A stretch of DNA of 64,000 nucleotides. It comes from an uncultured virus (IMG/VR IMGVR_UViG_3300024239_000354). Taxonomy: Duplodnaviria > Heunggongvirae > Uroviricota > Caudoviricetes. The notes beneath the pieces were generated by a model. It did not search any database, was not told the DNA's origin, and saw only the letters and a list, made by a program, of their open reading frames with translations. The translations under genes were made by a program, and so were the position numbers. Below, one piece after another: positions 18,798 through 28,397 of the stretch; position 1 is the first letter of the stretch, and the number at the start of each line of letters is the position of its first letter. The DNA is taken from IMG/VR virus record IMGVR_UViG_3300024239_000354; one strand, 5' to 3'.

Positions 18798-18918
18798 GAA
18801 GCCGGAACTAGGCGGTCGTTACAGGATAGCTCAACGGTAGAGCATCGCATTGATAAAGCGAGTGTGGGAGTTTCGATACTCTCTCCAAAAAACAACGACA
18901 GTCATCCTCACCGGCTTC
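18798..18918 (+). ncRNA. Y RNA (YrlA)-like RNA: a tRNA-like module closed by a long stem
   Basis: GAAGCCGG/CCGGCTTC and GTCGTT/AACGAC stems enclose TAGCTCAACGGTAGAGC (D arm), an anticodon-like arm and GGGAG-TTTCGATA-CTCTC (T arm); lies upstream of a Ro60-like gene. Confidence 0.65.
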
Positions 18919-18959
18919 ACAAACTTTCGTTTTTACCTTTTTACCTTTTTCAACCTCAA

Positions 18960-19352
18960 CCCGAGTGGGAAACATGCTGCAATATATGCAGAACATATCC
19001 GCTGAACGGCGGATTCCCGATCACCGGGGTGGGGTGCCCAATGGCAACCAAGTGGTTTCATGGGCAAATGGACGCCCTGCTCTTAAAGCGGGCTGTTCGG
19101 AACTTTAACGTCAGTTCAGTATCCAGTGTGAACTCCTAGCTGACCCTCACCGAACAATTTCATTGCCCGTCCTCGCCTATCCAGGCTTGGCGCTTTCGTG
19201 CGTTTTTGGCTTGGCTAGAACGAGTTAGAACATTTTTAGTCTTGTTACTTTGTGCTAGGCGTGTAATTTTCCACGCTACAAATAAAGCCTGGAACGGCAC
19301 AGACGGTTCGGCATTCGATGTAGTCAGAGATTCGTCTGTCATCCTCACCGGG
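18960..19352 (+). ncRNA. array of structured RNA units with a shared GG(C)AAC...CCTC(A/G)CC motif
   Basis: Motif repeated at ~19043/19171, 19099/19145 and 19291/19343, each closed by complementary stems. Confidence 0.55.
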
Positions 19353-19376
19353 ACATTTAGAAAAGGGGTATGTGTA

Positions 19377-21023
19377 ATGGCAAAAAACAGTGCATTGCCG
19401 ATGGTGAACGAGCAGGCTCTTATTGCAGAGCCGAAGTTCGAGCTTCAGGTACGTGATCCCCGCGCCCTGTCGGTTGCGCTTGGTCGCTTTCTTGACATCA
19501 CCGCGACCGTTACCGGTCGCGCGACTGCCTACAATTCGAAGGCAGAACAGGAAGCTGCTGAGATCGAAGCGCACAACAAGCTCTTCATCTACGACCGTAC
19601 CCTGTATGGCGCCCTGTTGACTTTGCCGGGCGTGACCGACCGTGCGAAGCAGATGGGTCTTCTGCGCTTGCTGAAGGACCGTACCAACGGTAATTCCTTC
19701 CGCCTGTCCGAAGACACCGTGACCAGCATCGAAGACAAAGTTCTCGGTACCCTGGTCGAGGATGTGACTGTTCCGCGCATGATGAAGGCATTCGTCATGC
19801 TGCGCGACGAAAAGATCAACAACGCGCGCACTCGCCGCGTGGCTCTCCGTGCCCTGTTGAAGAACAAGGGTCTGGAAATCCGCGTCGTGCGTTACCGCGA
19901 GAAGTTCGGTGACGTTCTGCGTCACATCTTCGGTCACAAGAAGGCGAGCGTGCTTCGTGCCATCTTGGAGCGTCCGCGCGTGTCGTGGGAGCGTCATGAG
20001 ACTAAGTTCGTCAAGGAACAGCTTGGTCGCTATGCCCGTTTCACCGATGACACTACTCTTCAGGTGTGTGTTGCTTACGCTCTGGGTTCGGACTCCATGT
20101 TCGTCCAGACCAACGAAAGTACCAAGCTGATCAAGGCAGTGTTTGAGGCGCGTCGTGATCTGAAGCTCGGTAAGGACTTACCGCTTGAAGTGCTGGAAGG
20201 TATCCGCTCCCAGTACCACAAGTCGGTAAAGCGTGCCGAAGTGCTGGAAATGGCTTCTAAGTCCAAGGCTGGTATGACTGATACCCAGCGTATGCAGGTT
20301 CAGGCGTCGGCTCAGAAGGCGGGCGTTACCAACATTGATTTCGATGCAACCAAGCAGGATGCGGTGAAGTTGTACATCTACGCTTTCGAGCGTGGTTTGA
20401 CGGAGGATATCATCCGTGCCTTGGATGAAAAGGCGGCACTGGCTGCGGCTATGCTTCCGACCAAGGTGGATAAGGTGGGCATCCTTGTGGATGACTCCGA
20501 GTCCAATACGGGCGATGAAACGCAGAAACTTCGTCCGATGGCGGTTGCCCTGGCTACTCGCGACGTTCTCGCCAAAACTGGTGAGGAAGCCGTGATCAAG
20601 TATACGAGCGGCAAGGAGCAGGGTCGTCTTGTCCGTCCGTCCGGTGATTCGTCGCTGGCGGAAGGTCTGGTTGAAGTGCTGCTGGGCGAACCGGATGTGG
20701 TCTACGTGATCTCGGACGGTTACGAAAACGCACCGGCTGGTCGCTTCGCGGAGACTGTGATGCGTGTCCGTGATCTGGGTATCACCACCCCGATCATCCA
20801 GATTTCGCCGGTCGCCGCTGCCGAGGTTAAGGATGCGGGTCTGCGCCAGTTGACCGATGAGGTCAAGACTGTGCCGGTTTCTAACCCGACTGCGATGGCA
20901 TCTTCGATGCTGCGCACCCTGGTCGAAGTCGATCCGGTCAAGGCGGTTTCCGTTCTGATGAAGATTGCCTTCGAAAAGAAGGCGCTCGGCAATATTGCCG
21001 AGGTGAAGAAGTTGGAGGGTTAA
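19377..21023 (+). CDS. Ro60/TROVE-like helical protein with a C-terminal vWA domain
   Basis: 548 aa; helical basic N-region; ILVDDSES (DxSxS-like MIDAS) and VYVISDGYEN vWA motifs. Confidence 0.65.
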   Translation: MAKNSALPMVNEQALIAEPKFELQVRDPRALSVALGRFLDITATVTGRATAYNSKAEQEAAEIEAHNKLFIYDRTLYGALLTLPGVTDRAKQMGLLRLLKDRTNGNSFRLSEDTVTSIEDKVLGTLVEDVTVPRMMKAFVMLRDEKINNARTRRVALRALLKNKGLEIRVVRYREKFGDVLRHIFGHKKASVLRAILERPRVSWERHETKFVKEQLGRYARFTDDTTLQVCVAYALGSDSMFVQTNESTKLIKAVFEARRDLKLGKDLPLEVLEGIRSQYHKSVKRAEVLEMASKSKAGMTDTQRMQVQASAQKAGVTNIDFDATKQDAVKLYIYAFERGLTEDIIRALDEKAALAAAMLPTKVDKVGILVDDSESNTGDETQKLRPMAVALATRDVLAKTGEEAVIKYTSGKEQGRLVRPSGDSSLAEGLVEVLLGEPDVVYVISDGYENAPAGRFAETVMRVRDLGITTPIIQISPVAAAEVKDAGLRQLTDEVKTVPVSNPTAMASSMLRTLVEVDPVKAVSVLMKIAFEKKALGNIAEVKKLEG

Positions 21024-21027
21024 GAAG

Positions 21028-22035
21028 ATGACCAACGTGAACATTGCAAGCTTGCTGCGCGGCTGTGAAGTTGGTCGTATGCAGACTGTCGGTGTTATGC
21101 AGGTTATCCCGCTGATCTCCGATCTTCAGGACGACCGTTTCGTGTCCACTGACGCGGGGCGCGTGGGTACTCAGACCTATGGTCACATGGTGTTTGAGAA
21201 CGAGAGCGACAAGACCATGCTGGTCCCTGCGAACGCCGCTTTCATCGTGAAGCAGTCGGCGCAGGACCACGCCATGTGGGGTGCCGGTCTGGTCAAGGGG
21301 AAGTCCACTGGGAATTTCCGTAAGACCATGTGCATCCAGGGCAGCCAGCCGAATGCTATCCGCATGGACAAGCACAAGCTGGCGATCCTACCGCTCTCAC
21401 TGCGTGAGAAGGCTATCGGTAAGCGCCATGGCGATCACTTCGGTAAGCTGTGGGAAGACATCGCGAAATTTTCGGCGGAAGCGGGTAGCTCGCCCACCAG
21501 CAACCTCGTGGATTTCATGAACCGTTTCCAGAAGGAACTTGATCAGTTCGTGGCTGAATTCGAGGTTCTACCGAATCAGGTCGGTGCTATCGTGCTGATC
21601 GGTGGTAAGGTCATGGGCGTCGAACGTACCCCGTCCACTGCTTACTTCAAGTCGGTGTGGCAGGCGTTGATTCGCGAGTGCTACGGCTCCGAGGCGATCC
21701 GTCAGGTGAAACTTGGATGGGTAAAGACCCCGCGTACCACCCAGGTGCGTGCGGCTGGTTCGCTGATCGATCTGCGTGAGGCGCTGAAGGAAGCTCGTGA
21801 GAAGGACGAGGAAGTTGCCAAGGGTAAGGTCCGTGGTCTTCTCGAAGACCCGTTCTCAACCTCGAACGAAAGCTCGCTGGGTACCTTCCTCCACATCACC
21901 GTGGAGAACTCGCAGTTCGTTGGTCAGATTGTCAAGGAAGGGGAGCGTGTCCATTACGCATCCTTGGTTACCAAGGCGGCGTGGGCATCGGATACCAACA
22001 CCGTCTGGCGAGAAGCCAAGCGGTTCTCCCTCTAA
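21028..22035 (+). CDS. ARPP-1/DUF6569-like protein
   Basis: MQVIPL, AQDHAM, CIQGSQ and QFVAEFE...QVGAIVLI motifs recalled from this family; cotranscribed with the vWA gene. Confidence 0.5.
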   Translation: MTNVNIASLLRGCEVGRMQTVGVMQVIPLISDLQDDRFVSTDAGRVGTQTYGHMVFENESDKTMLVPANAAFIVKQSAQDHAMWGAGLVKGKSTGNFRKTMCIQGSQPNAIRMDKHKLAILPLSLREKAIGKRHGDHFGKLWEDIAKFSAEAGSSPTSNLVDFMNRFQKELDQFVAEFEVLPNQVGAIVLIGGKVMGVERTPSTAYFKSVWQALIRECYGSEAIRQVKLGWVKTPRTTQVRAAGSLIDLREALKEAREKDEEVAKGKVRGLLEDPFSTSNESSLGTFLHITVENSQFVGQIVKEGERVHYASLVTKAAWASDTNTVWREAKRFSL

Positions 22036-22037
22036 AC

Positions 22038-22066
22038 GAAAAGGGCGCCCGAAGGCGCCCTTTTCT
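22038..22066 (+). terminator. intrinsic terminator
   Basis: AAAAGGGCGCC-CGAA-GGCGCCCTTTT. Confidence 0.85.
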
Positions 22067-22232
22067 GTTTGTCAGACTGCTACAGCACCAAGTCCGATAA
22101 TCGCTTGGATATCCTCTTGCGATGCCGTTGACGGGGGTGGCGAACCGTCCATTAATGTCGGGAATGGCTTCGTAGATCGTCTTGAAGAGTGGATGGACCC
22201 AACCGCGTGGTAATTTGTGGCTCATGATAACC

Positions 22233-23012
22233 TCAATTGGCGAAAAAATGAACAAGAGCGTCCACTATAGCCCCTTGATCGCAATTGTACATGGCTGATG
22301 TAGAGAACTGGTTGTATTCCACAACCTTGTTTCCAGCCGGGGTGCGCCCGATGTCAACCACGTAGACAACCGCCGGGTTCCATATTGCAGCAACTTCGGC
22401 TGCGGTTGCCATCATGTTGTCGGGAACCGGTAGCGGATTATTCACATCATAGGTGGACCCGGTGATGGGTTTGCCGTTGACCACCACAATGCGGAATTCA
22501 TCTTTCACCTCAATGACAGGGGCAACGATGATTTCCGTCTGATGATCGAGCGGTATCCACTTTCCGAACTTCCGGTAATGGGCGGCATCTAGCATATCCC
22601 CGAGCGGCACCACAACCCCGGTAAACCGCTTGAGGTCGCCATGTGGTTTTACGAAAACTGATCCATATTGTTCCCGATCATGTATGAATTGATCGTAGGT
22701 TATGATGTGGTATTCATGATTGAGGCAATATTCTCCAATCGCTTTTGCGTAGACCGATAACTTGAAATTTTCATGATGGGTGAAGCCACCGGGGTTGGGA
22801 TTCAACTCGCGTTCGACGTAGTTGACGAACCCATGGCTGCCTCGAACCAGCGTCGGACCCGTTGCCGTTATCCCGGTAAGATCGACCTCTTTGGGGATGA
22901 TCGAATCACGCAGTGCGTGGACGATATGTCCACGTTTCAACGCTTCGTCAATAAAGGGAGTTTGGGCGCCACGCACCCTATCAACGTGCTTGTCGATTAT
23001 CCACGTCAGCAT
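22233..23012 (-). CDS. ATP-grasp (DUF4343/R2K-like) protein
   Basis: VFVKP..DLKRFTG, EFRIVVVNGK, YVVDIG and VVEYN motifs. Confidence 0.75.
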   Translation of the reverse strand: MLTWIIDKHVDRVRGAQTPFIDEALKRGHIVHALRDSIIPKEVDLTGITATGPTLVRGSHGFVNYVERELNPNPGGFTHHENFKLSVYAKAIGEYCLNHEYHIITYDQFIHDREQYGSVFVKPHGDLKRFTGVVVPLGDMLDAAHYRKFGKWIPLDHQTEIIVAPVIEVKDEFRIVVVNGKPITGSTYDVNNPLPVPDNMMATAAEVAAIWNPAVVYVVDIGRTPAGNKVVEYNQFSTSAMYNCDQGAIVDALVHFFAN

Positions 23013-23160
23013 TTTTCTTCTTGTCCCGTCCAAACATCTGTTCATAGTTCGTCCACCGGACATAGACATGACCACACACCGGGCATTCCACCGGACCCGC
23101 GTGTTCAATCCATTCCTGTCCGCACTTGATACAGTGGTATTCAGCGCCGTATTGACCCAT
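22981..23160 (-). CDS. small zinc-ribbon protein
   Basis: 59 aa with CIKCG...CPVCG. Confidence 0.65.
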   Translation of the reverse strand: MGQYGAEYHCIKCGQEWIEHAGPVECPVCGHVYVRWTNYEQMFGRDKKKNADVDNRQAR

Positions 23161-23162
23161 GT

Positions 23163-24047
23163 TTAAGCCTGGGTCATGAATTGGATAAGTTTAGCACGTT
23201 GGTCGGGGAGGTGGAAAATATATGAATGGGCTGGTTGGTACTGCCCCGGTTTTACCGTGTCTACGACGACCCGATCCATTTGCATGACAGTACGATTGAT
23301 CCATTTCCAGGCTTTTTGAACTGCCGTCTTTTGTCCCTGAATACCTATGCCGTCCCGTTCGTGGGTGGTACGTACCCACCCAGCATCGAAGGCAATACGA
23401 TAAGCTTTATAGTGATTACCGTTGTTGAAGAATTGTTTGGCAAATTCCGGATGTCCTTGTGGTGGGACATGATGAACCTTACCTTCTGGGGTCACCCATG
23501 CACCATAGGTGTTGATATCTATTGCCTCTTCGTTGAGAGATTCTGAGAAGAACGAGGAAATAGCCGATCCGATTCGTCCAGATTGCAAAAATACTTTTTC
23601 CCGCTTTCCGGTCAGGTCGTATGTTTTGCGACCTGTATTTGTATAATGTTCGATGACGATGCCAACGGGTTGTATACCTTGGTTACGAAGGTACTCTTGG
23701 TATTGAAGAATTGCCTTCCAGATGGCTTTTAAATCACATCCTTCTGCCACGATCATGGGTGGTTCTATACCAACACGAACCCAGCCATTTTGCCCAGCTT
23801 CACGGATAACTTCATCATCGTAAGCTGGCGGGGCAGTCATGCCTTCGTTTTCTAGGCGATGAATATACCCGCCAAGATTAAAATTGAATATTTCTGGATT
23901 GTGAACGACGAACGTGGTGTGATGTTCACCAGACGGTAACCGGACAAACTGCTTCGAAGATGGATTGATCCAGCACCCGAATTTTAGCTTCAAGTCATAA
24001 AAAGTATCAAAATTACCAACATCTTCAAAGAGTTCGAATAAGTGCAT
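23163..24047 (-). CDS. late protein with two tandem related domains
   Basis: ATAAATA 5 nt before MHLFELFED; duplicated G.W(I/V).P...H...GWVR unit separated by SESLNEEA. Confidence 0.75.
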   Translation of the reverse strand: MHLFELFEDVGNFDTFYDLKLKFGCWINPSSKQFVRLPSGEHHTTFVVHNPEIFNFNLGGYIHRLENEGMTAPPAYDDEVIREAGQNGWVRVGIEPPMIVAEGCDLKAIWKAILQYQEYLRNQGIQPVGIVIEHYTNTGRKTYDLTGKREKVFLQSGRIGSAISSFFSESLNEEAIDINTYGAWVTPEGKVHHVPPQGHPEFAKQFFNNGNHYKAYRIAFDAGWVRTTHERDGIGIQGQKTAVQKAWKWINRTVMQMDRVVVDTVKPGQYQPAHSYIFHLPDQRAKLIQFMTQA

Positions 24048-24055
24048 GGTATTAT

Positions 24056-24736
24056 TTATCTCCAATGATCTTTAATCCAGGGAGCATGACGCCATCGCCC
24101 AGATGGTGCATTCATTACATCACCCGGATTTGGGAGACCATGAAAAACCACGATTTTAGCGCCTTCCGGAAGTATTGCAGGTTGATCCAAGGAACCTTTA
24201 GCATTGCAACTAACTTTATATGATATAACCCAATCCGTCGGCCATGTAGTACATTCTGGAATGCGCTCAGTAATCCAATCTTGATCACCATGAAGTCGCT
24301 TCATGATGGCTTTCTTGTCCGTCTGGAAGTCGTTCCAAATATCTGGGTGGGAACCGATGTCGAGTCGGAATACCGAACTGTTCCAGACCCGGTGAGCATA
24401 GGACCAATCGCGGATGATGGCGAATTCACCGGGGCGATGGGTGAAAAGCCCGTCGATGTTCCCGGTGATCACTACGTCGAGGTCAAGAAACAGTGTTGGT
24501 CCACCGATATTGTGGAGCCGTTTCTTAAACAGCATCAGCTTGAACCACCAGCCGGTCAATCCGTCTTCATCGGGGATGGGAAGGCATTCGATGTCGGGAT
24601 TGATTCCAGTAGGGTCGTCGGTCAGACAGATGAAACGATGCTTGATTGTTAGATTGCGCTTTACCATCGAGTGAAGACGGTTCACATAGTCGCTTGAGTA
24701 TTTGGTGCCCCATTTGAGGCAAACGACGTTGGTCAT
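24056..24736 (-). CDS. GT-A fold glycosyltransferase
   Basis: VVCLKWGTKY, WWFKL, FLDLDVVI (DxD), NSSV, GDQDWI and VFHG.PNP. Confidence 0.85.
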   Translation of the reverse strand: MTNVVCLKWGTKYSSDYVNRLHSMVKRNLTIKHRFICLTDDPTGINPDIECLPIPDEDGLTGWWFKLMLFKKRLHNIGGPTLFLDLDVVITGNIDGLFTHRPGEFAIIRDWSYAHRVWNSSVFRLDIGSHPDIWNDFQTDKKAIMKRLHGDQDWITERIPECTTWPTDWVISYKVSCNAKGSLDQPAILPEGAKIVVFHGLPNPGDVMNAPSGRWRHAPWIKDHWR

Positions 24737-25845
24737 ATGTTTCTCAGCGAATAAATGGTGGTTGCTCGTATTGATTTTTCTATTTCTGAGGTGATTTCGG
24801 CATCTGTGACTTTATCGACGGTGGTACGCCATTGTCCAAGTTGCTTACCGTCCCAAAGAACAAAACATCGATGAGTTTCACGACCACCCCCACGAGTGGC
24901 AGTGCCGTTAATACGTTTTCCACCTTCGTATTCGAAACCCACGTACCCATGCTTCTGACACAGAGCAATGAATTTCTTTTGTATCGCGATATTGTAGAAC
25001 AGCGAGGTACCGTAATTGGTTCCGTTCCGCAATTCATCGAACGATGGATTTTCTCCCTTCCCACCGATCTCCATATCAGACCATGAGTACAAGGTACCAT
25101 TCTTCTTGAAATTATCCACATACTGGTCAAACGAGAGGAAATTTGAGTAATCTTTGTCGCGCATATCCATGATGCGGTCAGGGTTGGTCGGTTTATCCGA
25201 CGTTCCCTCGATAAACACTTGTCTGACTATGGCGAGCATTTCATCAGATAGCGGTTTTTCCGCATGTATGGTGCGGTTGATAAAAGATACCGGTATGTCG
25301 AACGTGGTCACGTAGCCGTCGCGATCTGCTTTCACGAAAACGTAGTTACCCTTGACATCATTAACAATACGCATATTGGGGCGTCGTTGCCGATACAGTT
25401 TCTTTGCCTTGGCGAGATAGCTTTGAAGGGTCTTGGTGAGTTCCGCCCGGTATCCCTGGCGGTATCTATTTTCCGTTTCGTCGCGGGTGGTACCGCGATA
25501 CGCCGGGTCCGCATGGAGTTTTTCCCGCCAAACTCCATTGATCTCCGACATTTTGTCGTACCATCCCAACTCATTATCGATTAGATGTTTGAGATAGCCA
25601 ACCGTCAACTCGCGATCAGACTGAAAGTTGTATTCGCGACCCCTGCTGTCACGCCCATTACCGAAGATTACATGTTCTGACGATTTCAGTGTGTAATCTG
25701 TGGCAATGGTATGGTTATCGGTCAAATAGATACCCAAACCGAATAATGCGCGATCATCGGTACGATCAAGGTCAAAGTCGATGATCTTGGATGAATCGCC
25801 GCGAAAAAGTTTGATGGTGGGTTCGGATACTTCGAATATTTTCAT
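24733..25845 (-). CDS. ART-like late protein
   Basis: TATAAATA upstream; MKIFEVSE; LFRGDS...FGLGIYLTD...A.DY...GYVGFEY.GG. Confidence 0.7.
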   Translation of the reverse strand: MKIFEVSEPTIKLFRGDSSKIIDFDLDRTDDRALFGLGIYLTDNHTIATDYTLKSSEHVIFGNGRDSRGREYNFQSDRELTVGYLKHLIDNELGWYDKMSEINGVWREKLHADPAYRGTTRDETENRYRQGYRAELTKTLQSYLAKAKKLYRQRRPNMRIVNDVKGNYVFVKADRDGYVTTFDIPVSFINRTIHAEKPLSDEMLAIVRQVFIEGTSDKPTNPDRIMDMRDKDYSNFLSFDQYVDNFKKNGTLYSWSDMEIGGKGENPSFDELRNGTNYGTSLFYNIAIQKKFIALCQKHGYVGFEYEGGKRINGTATRGGGRETHRCFVLWDGKQLGQWRTTVDKVTDAEITSEIEKSIRATTIYSLRNI

Positions 25846-25908
25846 GGGTACTCGTATTAAATATGAGTGGTAGTCCATCATATTTATACGGGATACCTAT
25901 CGGTGAAT

Positions 25909-26298
25909 TTAAAGCCGATCCATATGTACATCAGAACAACCAGATATATTAAGCCCGTAGTTCTTCCAAATGATCTTTTTCGGTTTATCTTTGTAGTAAT
26001 TTGGAATTTGCTCTAAGGTGATTTCTTTCCAGTCGGGAAAGCGTTCCTCGAAGTCAGCAACAATTGCCGGTACTGTGAAATTGTATTTCTGTGCGATCAT
26101 GATCCGGCTGCCACCATAGCGCGGAGTGATGATCCCATCCTTGGCCGTCAAAACGACTGGGTTCCGAAAGCCATTGCGCAGGATGTGCCACTCCAACTGA
26201 GCGAACCATTCGGCTTTTTCTTCCAATTCATGCGGTGGTGGTTTAATCACGTTGTCGATCAAATGTGAATGAAGTTTCACGTATCTTATTTTGTACAT
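25909..26298 (-). CDS. ParB/Srx-like domain protein
   Basis: GFRNPVVL...GGSRI..A motif; paralog of the adjacent gene. Confidence 0.6.
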   Translation of the reverse strand: MYKIRYVKLHSHLIDNVIKPPPHELEEKAEWFAQLEWHILRNGFRNPVVLTAKDGIITPRYGGSRIMIAQKYNFTVPAIVADFEERFPDWKEITLEQIPNYYKDKPKKIIWKNYGLNISGCSDVHMDRL

Positions 26299-26816
26299 TG
26301 CGACACCTGGGGACGACAGTTTACGGTGACGTTCGGGCGCTGATTTAGATGGATTTGGGGAAGACTGCGGATGTGAACACCATGATCGTTGACGATAATT
26401 TCATCTGGTGTATCCGTATAACATTTCATAATATCCGGTATTGAAAATAACTCTTTTTCATGAGAAAACCGTTCGGTCCAGTCAGAAATAATACATGGTA
26501 TTGAAAGACCGAGGCGTTGGGCAACCCATAGGCGGCTACCGCCATTACGGTCACATACGATGATTTTCTGTAGGTCGTTGCGTAGTTCAGATGGGATGCG
26601 GTTGACTTTGATATTTGGGCAACCCTGGTACCCAGACGTTACCAAAATTGGATTGCGTAGCCCAGTACGCTTGACCGATTCTTCAAGTTTGATATAGAAA
26701 CCATTCTCAGCGTTGAGAGTATCGATGTACTGCTGGGTCTTTGGACCACAGTAATTATAGATCAAATTCGGGTCGAGGACAGCAAAATGGATGCTGAACG
26801 GGTAGTTGCAATACAT
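26286..26816 (-). CDS. ParB/Srx-like domain protein
   Basis: GLRNPILV...GGSRL.VAQ.LG..IPCII; ATAAATA 5 nt upstream. Confidence 0.6.
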   Translation of the reverse strand: MYCNYPFSIHFAVLDPNLIYNYCGPKTQQYIDTLNAENGFYIKLEESVKRTGLRNPILVTSGYQGCPNIKVNRIPSELRNDLQKIIVCDRNGGSRLWVAQRLGLSIPCIISDWTERFSHEKELFSIPDIMKCYTDTPDEIIVNDHGVHIRSLPQIHLNQRPNVTVNCRPQVSQCTK

Positions 26817-26875
26817 GCTTCTATTTATGGCAAGAAAAGTTGCTTTTTATGCGGACATGATGGTATCCACGTCTC

Positions 26876-27076
26876 ATGTCACGTATGAGCGATAACCTTC
26901 CTGTCGGTGAATGTGCCACCAACTCCCTGAATGGGCGGTGTGGGTAGGATTGCCCAGTTTTCCTTGATGGCGACTGCCCGATAGAAGATGAGATCAGAGA
27001 AACCCCGGATGAACCGACCCCCGATCCAGAACCGGATTACCTCGGGATCATCCGCGATATTGTGGGGAACCTATGA
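26876..27076 (+). pseudogene. small Cys-rich gene with an in-frame TAG (amber-readthrough candidate or pseudogene)
   Basis: ...ECATNSLNGRCG*DCPVFLDGDCPIEDE...GNL; TAG at 26945-26947; the final TGA overlaps the next ATG. Confidence 0.55.
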
Positions 27077-27459
27077 GTATCCGAATCCAGTTGAAGCGCG
27101 GTTACGAGCAGAACATCAAGCCGAATTTCTCCCTGATTGCAGGGGAAATGGCATTTGTGCTGGATCGGGGAGAACTTCGTATTGGGACCGGAGACGGCGG
27201 GTTTGTTCGTTTGCTTGGAGATAAGGTCAGCCGCCCCTATGGGATTAGGAACGGTAATTTCGTCCCAGAACCGGTTGAACGGGGATGGTTTGGTATCCGC
27301 CTCGCTCGACCCATGCGTTTCGCAATGCTTGATACCGCAGGCGATACCCCATCGCTTGAGGAAGCATTTCCAGGGCGCCCTATCATCAACGCCCCTGATG
27401 GTATTTTGTACCTTGGAAACGGCACAGAGATATTCGAATTCAAGGGGCAGTCCTATTAG
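27073..27459 (+). CDS. Mtd/hyaluronidase N-terminal-like tail-fibre attachment domain protein
   Basis: RIQLKRG...L.AGE.AF..D..ELRIGTG motif with a second LYLGNG copy. Confidence 0.65.
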   Translation: MSIRIQLKRGYEQNIKPNFSLIAGEMAFVLDRGELRIGTGDGGFVRLLGDKVSRPYGIRNGNFVPEPVERGWFGIRLARPMRFAMLDTAGDTPSLEEAFPGRPIINAPDGILYLGNGTEIFEFKGQSY

Positions 27460-27478
27460 GCACGCATAAATACAGCTT

Positions 27479-27985
27479 ATGCGGTACTACCAGTTATTCG
27501 AGCAAATCATTGCAGATATTCCAGTTGGTCGTTTGGGTACGTCGGTGCCTATAATGTCCAATCCATCACCCAATGATCTACGGCGAATACTCAATCAACA
27601 ATACCCGGCAGCCCGTTTCTTTCTGTTTCGCAACGGCGACCTATATCTATGGGACGGCGGGAAACTAATACATGGCGACGTTTTCAACGCACTTAAATTA
27701 GACCGTGATGACATTATTGCCGGTGGTACCATTGAAGAATTGAAAGAGACCAAAGAAAAATTTTTAGCCAGGAAAGCCCGCGCCGAGAAATATGGCGACA
27801 CTGAAATCTGGATTCCTGATGATATGGCTTATTTTGATGCCGATTACATCGTTGGATTTGCCGACTTTTATCCAGAATCAAAAGAGCAAGTCTTCAGTCA
27901 TCCCGCATTTCTTAGGATGATCCGTGGAGTGAATGTTACCACTATTGGTGGGAAATATCGCTCGCCCTGTGAACCAGGGAAGTAG
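27479..27985 (+). CDS. late protein, hypothetical
   Basis: ATAAATA 6 nt before MRYYQLFEQ. Confidence 0.7.
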   Translation: MRYYQLFEQIIADIPVGRLGTSVPIMSNPSPNDLRRILNQQYPAARFFLFRNGDLYLWDGGKLIHGDVFNALKLDRDDIIAGGTIEELKETKEKFLARKARAEKYGDTEIWIPDDMAYFDADYIVGFADFYPESKEQVFSHPAFLRMIRGVNVTTIGGKYRSPCEPGK

Positions 27986-27986
27986 T

Positions 27987-28397
27987 TCAGCCAGATGTTT
28001 TGAACGTGGCGTTGTCAAACCTGATCAATGCGGTGATGGTTGTGTCAATTGTCAGTTCGGTTAGCTCACTGTATTCGACGTTTGTGATCCAACACCCTTC
28101 AAGTAAGAATTGGTCGGTTTCGAGTGTGAATTTGTAATCAGATGATGTGGAGAACGTGTCTGCTTCGAAATGCATCATCTGTTTCATAAGTTGATGACCG
28201 ACCAGCCGTGTTACCGAATCATTGTACGCCTTGGTTTTGAAGATTACGGTGATCGGCGCCCACCTATTCTTACCGTAAAAAATCGCCCCGGTAATAGGGT
28301 CTACATTAGGTTCGATGTGCGGGTTGTCAGTGAGGTCGTAATGGATGCAGGGGTCTAGATCAACCTCATGTACATTTCCAAAATTGACCAGCCGCAT
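27987..28397 (-). CDS. divergent tail-tube (gp19-like) paralog
   Basis: GK..W.PITV, VTRLVG.QL.KQ, DYKFT, LEGCWITNVEY and IRFDNA. Confidence 0.65.
   Translation of the reverse strand: MRLVNFGNVHEVDLDPCIHYDLTDNPHIEPNVDPITGAIFYGKNRWAPITVIFKTKAYNDSVTRLVGHQLMKQMMHFEADTFSTSSDYKFTLETDQFLLEGCWITNVEYSELTELTIDTTITALIRFDNATFKTSG

Noticed and set aside
18820..18890. Functional tRNA-Ile(GAU)
   Set aside because: No 7-bp acceptor stem or CCA, and a mismatched anticodon stem; treated as Y RNA-like
21968..22255. Minus-strand ORF crossing the 22038-22066 terminator
   Set aside because: Runs through a terminator into the convergent gene; probably a degraded fragment, not supportable as a CDS
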